A DNA stretch of 64,000 nucleotides, taken from the NCBI GenBank assembly GCA_964016885.1, contig OZ024744.1:86800001-86864000 (forward strand). Reading direction: 5' to 3'. Position numbers and translations under genes: made by a program. This stretch comes from Eledone cirrhosa. Lineage: Eukaryota. Under the pieces are notes generated by a model. The model made no database searches and was not told where the DNA came from. It was given only the letters and a program-made list of their open reading frames with translations. Positions 56,401 to 64,000 of the stretch are shown here, one piece after another (position 1 is the stretch's first letter; the number at the start of each line of letters is the position of its first letter).

Positions 56401-59400
56401 CTCACAGATCAAAAATTTGTGGTCTGTGTAGTCGACTATTTTAAATTGTGGACAACCTATACTAGCCTTATCTAGTTCTCTGCAGAATACCCTATCGAGA
56501 TACGATCTAGATTATGCGGTGCGGTTTGTCCATGTCCACATTGGCATATTCGGGTGATCCAGTCGATACCTGTCAGACAGTTCAAAACGTCTGAGCAGGT
56601 TGGTGAGGCTCTTGCACACTCCTCCCCTATCCACTAGCCCCACAAAATCCCAGCGTGCATCCAAGATACCGTTCCAGTCGCCCACTAACACTAAAGAGCG
56701 GGATGTTCCAGGAAGATCTCTAGTCGTTGAAGAAATCTGGCCGTCCTGCCCCTGTTGGGGCGTAGACGGCTACTAGCCAGAAAGCATTGCCTTCGGTGCC
56801 GCTTACGTCCAGCACCACCCACTTACCTTCTGGGTCCTGGAAGATGGTCCGTATAGCGAGACCCAAGCCTTTCCGAAACAACACAGCCACTCCGCCACCC
56901 GCTCCCGGACGACTCGAAGATGCGTACACCTCGTAAACGTCGAAGATCGGTGCGAAGGCTTGCGTTTCGGAGATTCTTGTCTCGCTGATGGCCACCACAT
57001 CTATGTTTAGTGACCTGATTTCGTTAAGCAAGTGACCCTCCTTCCAAACGGAACTCAAGCCACGCACGTTTACATTTCCGATCCTGAATACAGCCATGTT
57101 GGGTGAGGACGGGGCAAGTGAGAAAGGATCACTTAACTTGATCGTCTGGTGAAGGGACCGTTGAATCGTCCCTTCGGCTGGTCGTCGGCTCTTCTGTGAG
57201 TATATCCGAGTATACTCTATGGTTGAGTGTCCCTCCTAGGTCTCTGAAATCATCAACTGCGTTAGGGAATGTTTGTGTATTGTTTCTGTGATATTCTTAC
57301 CAGTCTTATGTTCGTTGGTGTTTTTATTGGTGCTGGTATTATGTAGTCGTGCTGTGAAATGTCTGTGTGTTCAATTATGTAAGTCATTAATTTCTTGTGT
57401 GTATGGTGGATTGTGTAAGGGCGGTGGATTGGCAGTATCGGTAGAGGGTCGGACGCCATGCTTTCCAGCATAGTTACGTCCCTTTACGATCTGAGTTCAA
57501 ATCCCGCCGAGGTTGACTTTGCCTTTCATCCTTACGGGGTCGATAAAATAAAGTACCAGTAATGCACTGGGTAATTGCTGGCCTTGTGCCTAAAGTAGAA
57601 ACAATTAATTTCTTGTGTGTATTTATTGCTGTGCATTTCTTTTTCTGGGGTTGGAGTGTGCTTCTGCTATTTTCTTGTCGTTGTTGCTGGGTGTGTGTGT
57701 TTTGTTGTTGTGTTTGCGATGTTGGTGCTTGTGATGGTGTTGTTGAAGGTGTTGTTGTTGTTGGCGGTGGGGTTGCCGCCGGTGGTGATGGTAGTGCTAG
57801 TGTGGGAGGTGATGGTGTTGGTGGTGTTGCTGCTGTAAGTCTCTTTGCAGTAGACTTTACCCTTTTTTTTATTTCTTCCCTCCCTTTTCGAAGGCGTCGA
57901 TGCGCTGCTTCTGCGTTTGTGCCTTCTTGCAAGCTTTTGCCATCCCTCTCCCACCTCACACTCCATGTGCGATTCTGTGAGGTCGGGGAGGGGTACCAGC
58001 TCCACTCTTTCACTTGTTGTTGTTGGTGATTTTTGCAGTGGAGTCTCTGTTACAGCTGCAGTTGGTATTACTGTTGATGTTGTTAATACTTCCACTGCTG
58101 CTGCTGTTCTTGGTTTGCGTGGCGTGGGTATGGGTGCCACGGACCTATCCTTCCTGGTTGCCGCCTGTTCTGTTGCTGGTAGCAGTGGAGCCGGTTTCGG
58201 AAGGAGAGGGGTTTTCTCCTTTCTCAGGGTCTTCTCATTGCAGAAGGTCCTGAGGTGAGTCTTCGACCCACAGCGAAAGCATTTCGGGTGTTTGCCCTCA
58301 ATACTTATGGGAAGTTGAGTGCCGTTATCGAAGTCTATCACATCCGGGATAGCTTCGATGCACTCCTGTTTGTTTTGGATTAACATCTCAATGGGGGTGC
58401 CGACCCAATCTTCTCGTACTTTTTTCTGTACTTGCAGTACGGGTTTTTGTCCTCGATTCCGACGAGGACAGACGCGGCCAGCCAAGAAGGGGCCATGGGG
58501 AGGGGGGGGGGGGGTACTTGGGTCAGTTTGACACTCACAATTTGTCCGCAGTAGGAGGGCACCAACACCATTTCCTCGCTCCTTAGGGTCACTACGGATT
58601 GAGCCTTTTCCTCCTAGGGTGTGGCAAAAAGCACGTCCACGGTGGCATATTTCTTGCCTCGGGTGATATGCGTTTTCCGCTGCCACACAGACCCTAAGCC
58701 TTTTTTGTATTTGAGTCTCTGTGGCTCTTTCAACCCTACGTGATTTTGTGCTAACTATACGGTACGTGACCGTACAGTGCTGTTGGGTTTCGTAAAATTC
58801 TTCGGCAGCCTTGCAGATTGCTCGGTGTCCGGTTTTCGTCACCATCTTCTTTGCTTCCTGTAATTCCTCATTTGTTATAAGGATGGTTTCCAGATTCGTT
58901 GCGATACCTGCAAACGAGATTGGTTTTTCATTCTTGTTGTTGTTGTTGTTGTTGTCAGAGCTGCTGTTACTTTTGTTGTTGCTACGACTACTGCCGCCGC
59001 CGCTGTTGCTGTCGTTGTTGTTGTTGTTGCTGCTGCTGCTGCTGTTGTTGTTGCTGTTGCTGCTGTTGCTGTTGTTGTTTATGCTGCTGCTGATGTTGTT
59101 GCGACTGCTACTAATATTTTCCTCGCCACTGTTGCTGCTGCTGCTGCTGTTATTACGGCTGCTGCTGCTATTCTTCATGACGTCAGACGAATGAAATGGC
59201 ATTCCGTATTTACCGCACACATCTTTCGTCGTTGTCGTCGTCGTGGAGAAATGTTCCACGGTATGCACGTTCTCTTGATGAAGAACGCTACAAGAAACTA
59301 CATTTTTCTTTTTCTTTAATGGCGTCGCTTGTGAAAGAGGCGACAGAGGCGACACCACATTTAGAGAAGGGAGGGAGAGAGACAATCTTTTCTCTGACGT

Positions 59401-59678
59401 AATAACGATTGAGGAAGAAGACGGAAGGAGTGGGAGTGACTTGTGAAAATCCTTTTTTGTAGACATCTTTATTTTACGGTTTAAAATGAATATTGGGCAC
59501 AAAACCCCAATAACTGGTTATTTAACCCCGAAGGGCCAAATAACGGACAGAAAGACCCCTCTCACGAGGAGGAGGGTGTCTTTATCTACAATTTGGTTCA
59601 AGTTTTAAATAATTTACAATTGTTATAACGGTTAAAAATTACTATACCTTACACAGCCTAGCCTCCGTCAACCATGGC
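53496..59678 (-). mobile_element. Full-length decayed Tx1-clade LINE B (ORF1 ~57130-59465; ORF2 53799-57097)
   Basis: ORF1 CFRCGSKTHLRTFC. APE IGNVNVRGL, VYAP, GYWKLNAS. RT NFRPITLLNAEFKIL and HADDVT. Flanked by (AAT)n at 53457-53495 and 59679-59752. Confidence 0.95.
57405..57603 (+). mobile_element. SINE inserted in ORF1 of LINE B, 19-bp TSD
   Basis: ATTAATTTCTTGTGTGTAT at 57386-57404 and 57604-57622. Confidence 0.95.
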
Positions 59679-59752
<74 letters not shown>

Positions 59753-61680
59753 GGGAAGAAGACGCACATGGTGGATAGAAGGTCGTGAAATCGCTCCCGT
59801 AAGTTTTGATTTTCAACATATTTAAATCAATTGTGAAATAACAATTCTTAGTACAAATGATACGTAAAGCATCCGGCTTAAGTCCCACAAAAATTCGGAT
59901 CCATAATATATTGTTATATCGCTCAAATATTCAATTTTGTATTATACATTTTATATTAAAAAAAGAAAATAGTTATAAATGGAAGGAAAACCCCTCTGTC
60001 TACACTATATAGAACAGCCAAATAACAGCAATTTCACCAACACCAAAAACTAGATACACCACCTACCCCATCACCCTTCTGTGTACACTAAACACAACAG
60101 CCAGATAACGGAAATTTCATCACCATCACCACCAATCTCAGCATAATATTAATAATTACTATTATTATTGTCTCAAGTTTTAACAAAATGTGTAATTCCA
60201 ATATTAGGATAATATGTCAACACATATACGCGACTAACCCCATAGATTCACCGATCAAACAAAAATACAGCCTATTCAACAAAACTCAGTAACGACAACG
60301 CCATCACTACAGTCACCACCGCCGCCGCCCATCCATCATTACTACCACTATCCCATCACCGCCGCCACCACTCCTTCATTCATTGCTACCACCGCTATCC
60401 CCCCATTACCTTCTGTTAACTTACGAAAGGGGAAGATGGCGGTATCACTAGACAATATTTATAAACAAGATTAATATTTAATTTTTGATCAGGAATGTTA
60501 GAGTCGAAATGGAGGGAAATGACAAAATGACTAAATAATTTAAGATAATTTCACGACCAACACCACCACCACTACCACGATGAAAACTCTGGTCAAGTCG
60601 ACTCAACCGCTATTTCTACTCCAACTTCAACACCATCACTACAGTAATACGATCACATCACCACCACCACTGCCTCATTATCGCTACCGCCGCTATTCTC
60701 TCCCACCACCTCCTGCTAGTTGCTGCTAGCACAGCACCGCCACCACCACCACCACCACTGCCTCATTATCACTACCGCCGCTATTCTTTCCCGCTACCCC
60801 TGCTACATTGTAGAATCCCCACTAAAAGAGGAAGGCATCAAAATATATAAATAGACTGAATTGATGACCCGGTCAAATAAAAAAAATTAAAAAATAAAAA
60901 TCAAAGCAGCACAGCAACAACGAAAAACGTAAAGAAAATAAGAATGAAGAGAAAAACAAACAGACGGACAGAGAAGGGAAGGGAAAAACTAAGTCAGATA
61001 TTCAAACACTACATTACAATGAAACTTATGCTTATTCATTTTTGGTTTGTTTGTTTGTTTATTTATGTTCGTCTACAGCGTGATAATGCCACACAAAAAT
61101 CACGTGGAGTGACGAAACCACCGGAGGCGATGAATTCACCGGTGGTTATGTAACCATACATTCGCCAATCCTCGAAAAGAGTGTTTAAATGTCGAACCTA
61201 AACAGTTCGAATAACGGTGAAATGGAGACTAGAATGTCATGTGACAGACTCTCACCCAACAGGTGCTCCCTGGCTCAGCAGCAGGGACCTGGCTGTCAAC
61301 CAAATACTGCTGGTGTCGGAGGAAGAAGAAGGAAAGGGACCAGAACCAACTGGACGAAAAAATTGAATAGAACTGTTATGCAATGTTACATGAAGAGTAA
61401 CCTCAAGGAGAAAGGCTATAGGAAACGGATGCATAACATCTGGAACGAGATTGGTCTATTTAAATTAGATGAACAAAAATTGGCCGGGTAGGCTCGGGTA
61501 ATAAGAACTAATGGGTGGATAAGCGAGCTGGAACTGGAGGAACTGAGCAGAGAGATTAGCTTGGAGATGGAGAGTGGAGTATGCCAAACAAACGAGCCAG
61601 TGGGAAATGAAGGTGAAGAGGTTGAGAGAACGGAGGAACCACCCGAAGCAGACAATGATCTGAATGCTGAGATAAATAAT

Positions 61681-61868
61681 TGTTTCTACTTTTGGCACAA
61701 GGCCAGCAATTATCCCAGTACATTACTGGTACTTTATTTTATCGACCCCGTAAGGATGAAAGGCAAAGTAAACCTCGGCGGGATTTGAACTCAGATCGTA
61801 AAGGGACGTAACTATGCTGGAAAGCATGGCGTCCGACCTTCTACCGATACTGCCAATCCACCGCCCTT
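61681..61868 (-). mobile_element. SINE inserted in the R4/Dong-like ORF, 16-bp TSD
   Basis: TGCTGAGATAAATAAT at 61665-61680 and 61869-61884. Confidence 0.95.
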
Positions 61869-61914
61869 TGCTGAGATAAATAATACCTGGAACAGAGATA
61901 CGGCCACTGAGGAG

Positions 61915-63960
61915 ATGAATACTGACGGGCTAGGACAAGATTTGGTTGATATCCTAAACTTAGTAGTAGATGAATTGAACAATGATAGTGGGAGACCTAT
62001 GAACCTAAGATTTGTAGACAGGAAAAAGTTAAAAGAAACAACAGCTAAGGTAAACAAAGTCATCCCATACCTTGAGGCGAGGAGCCTTCACCAGTGCAAC
62101 AATATCCTCAAAGCAACAGCAAATACGGTGAGGAAACTACTTGGTATAAAAGCGAGAGGAAACAACAGACAAGAAATAGCAGAGCCTTGGTGGAAGAAAC
62201 GACTGAGTGGCCAAATCGGGGAAATGAGAAATGACATTGGAAAGCTTGAGTCCCTACTGAATGGGACACTAAAAAACATAGACACTAAAAATAGACTGGA
62301 AATAAAGTACAAAACTAGGAGGAAAAAGCTAAATATTATCATAGAGGAACTGAAGCAACGCATTGTAGCAAAGAGTGCAAAAATCAGGCGATACGAGAAC
62401 AGTGTCAGTCAGTATAGACAGAACCGCATGTTCGACAAGAACCAGAAGATGCTGTTTGGACAGCTTGAAGGGAAAGAAAGAGGCAACGACTTGATCCCTG
62501 AGGCGGAACAAACTAAAACATTCTGGAGAGGAATATGGGAGCAGGATGTTAAACATAATGACCAGGCAGTGTGGATTGAGACAGTACAGAAGGAGATTAG
62601 TGAACAGGCACACGAACAAACTGATTTGAGTATCACAGTTAAAACTCTTAAGGGGCAGGCCAAAAAACTAACCAACTGGAAATCACCAGGCCCAGATGGT
62701 GTGCAGGGGTATTGGATTAAAAATATAACATCCCTCCACCCGAAACTGACAACCATGTTCAATGACTGCTTGAGGTCAGGTGAGGTACCAGAGTGGTTGA
62801 CAAAAGGTACCACAGTTCTGATAATGAAAGACCGAATCAAGGGTAATGATGTTACCAACTATAGACCTATCACATGTCTGTCCGTAATGTGGAAACTGTT
62901 GACAAGCATTATGTCTGAGGAAATCTACCATCACCTCCACACAAACAACTTGTTACCGGACGAACAGAAAGGATGCCGAAAGAAGTCACGTGGTACAAAG
63001 GACCAGTTACTTATTGATAAGATGGTAATGAGGAATTGCAAGAGGAGACACACTGGTCTTGCCATGGGATGGATAGACTACAAAAAGGCATTCGACATGG
63101 TGCCTCATTCTTGGATCACCAAAAGCCTGGAGATCTTCAAGGTGGCAGATAACATCAGACAGTTGTTGGGCAAAAGTATGAAGTCCTGGGAAACAGAGTT
63201 AACATCAACTGGAGAATCCTTGGGAAGCGTGAAGATCAAGAGAGGTATCTTCCAGGGAGATAGTCTGTCCCCTCTGTTGTTTGTCCTTGCCCTGATGCCC
63301 CTGACCAGTGTACTGCGAAAAGTGAGAGCAGGATACAGGTTGGGAAAGGGAGGGCTTACCATCAATCACCTCCTCTTCATGGACGATCTTAAGCTCTTCG
63401 GAAAGAGTGAGAAGGAGTTGGATGTGCTTGTTGACACTGTCCGTATTTTCAGCAATGATATATGTATGCAATTTGGTATTAGTAAGTGTGGAGTCATTGT
63501 GATGAAGAGGGGTAAGTTGAGCAGAAGTAACGGAATCCAGGTACCAACAGGTGAGATGATAAAGGAAATTGACACTGAAGAAGGATATAAGTATTTGGGC
63601 GTTCTGGAGGCTGATGACATCAAGAACAAAAAAATGAAGGAATTGATAAGAACTGAATACATTCGGAGAGTAAGGAGCGTATTGAAGTCACATCTGAACA
63701 GCAGAAATGCCATAAGCGCAGTAAATTCCCGAGCTGTGTCTATTATTAGGTACAGTGCGGGAATTCTGAGATGGAATGTTGCTGAACAAAAAGAAATGGA
63801 TAGGAAGACTAGGAAGCTATTGATTATCTACAACATGTTCCACAAGAGGAATGATGTCGATAGACTCTACTTAAGGAGATCTGAAGGTGGAAGAGGTCTT
63901 ATCAGTATAGAGGACTGTGTTCAGATGGAGAAAAACAACCTACACAAATACGTGAACTGA
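61915..63960 (+). CDS. Reverse transcriptase region of the R4/Dong-like element (interrupted upstream, probable premature stop at 63958)
   Basis: NWKSPGPDGV, NYRPITCL, EQKGC, WIDYKKAFDMVPHSW, GIFQGDSLSP, HLLFMDD, YKYLG, GGRGL. Confidence 0.9.
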   Translation: MNTDGLGQDLVDILNLVVDELNNDSGRPMNLRFVDRKKLKETTAKVNKVIPYLEARSLHQCNNILKATANTVRKLLGIKARGNNRQEIAEPWWKKRLSGQIGEMRNDIGKLESLLNGTLKNIDTKNRLEIKYKTRRKKLNIIIEELKQRIVAKSAKIRRYENSVSQYRQNRMFDKNQKMLFGQLEGKERGNDLIPEAEQTKTFWRGIWEQDVKHNDQAVWIETVQKEISEQAHEQTDLSITVKTLKGQAKKLTNWKSPGPDGVQGYWIKNITSLHPKLTTMFNDCLRSGEVPEWLTKGTTVLIMKDRIKGNDVTNYRPITCLSVMWKLLTSIMSEEIYHHLHTNNLLPDEQKGCRKKSRGTKDQLLIDKMVMRNCKRRHTGLAMGWIDYKKAFDMVPHSWITKSLEIFKVADNIRQLLGKSMKSWETELTSTGESLGSVKIKRGIFQGDSLSPLLFVLALMPLTSVLRKVRAGYRLGKGGLTINHLLFMDDLKLFGKSEKELDVLVDTVRIFSNDICMQFGISKCGVIVMKRGKLSRSNGIQVPTGEMIKEIDTEEGYKYLGVLEADDIKNKKMKELIRTEYIRRVRSVLKSHLNSRNAISAVNSRAVSIIRYSAGILRWNVAEQKEMDRKTRKLLIIYNMFHKRNDVDRLYLRRSEGGRGLISIEDCVQMEKNNLHKYVN

Positions 63961-64000
63961 TAGTAAGGGGCCAATGCTCAGAACTGTACTGAAGGAGGGG

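Larger units (their letters stand above)
61065..64000 (+). mobile_element. R4/Dong-like non-LTR retrotransposon, continues beyond the window
   Basis: N-terminal WTKKLN..MQCY..GYRKRMH.IW..EQKLA..R.I....W.S.LELE, then the RT ORF. No APE domain precedes the RT. The 5' boundary is approximate. Confidence 0.8.

Noticed and set aside
60290-60800. CAC/CCG-rich imperfect direct repeats
   Set aside because: Low-complexity sequence with no termini, TSD or coding signal identified.

Overview
AT-rich, microsatellite-dense eukaryotic DNA made almost entirely of mobile elements. The SINE types and (TA)n/(CA)n load suggest an octopus-like cephalopod, which is an inference only. Contents: (1) about 20 copies of a young ~185-bp tRNA-derived SINE, many with clear target-site duplications (TSDs); (2) three L1/Tx1-clade LINEs, two of them full-length but decayed and arranged head-to-tail in (AAT)n, plus a 3' remnant; (3) an R4/Dong-like RT element running off the right edge; (4) at least five Penelope-like element (PLE) bodies with GIY-YIG remnants, plus many solo or inverted pseudo-LTRs (pLTRs); (5) a Tigger/pogo transposon whose catalytic-motif region has expanded into a higher-order minisatellite; (6) Helitron, hAT, piggyBac and Tc1 remnants; (7) two small minus-strand exons that splice in frame into a plausible protein C-terminus. 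The most striking hidden signal is about 20 type-I hammerhead ribozyme (HHR) motifs, found by eye in the PLE termini. They include covarying families, a shared U4A core variant, forms with ~100-120-nt helix II extensions, mirror-image pairs in long fold-back palindromes whose centres fall on ribozyme helices, and sense-strand copies in the last intron and putative 3' UTR of the host gene. Most ORF-track entries are microsatellite artefacts. All folds were derived by hand and none was tested computationally.
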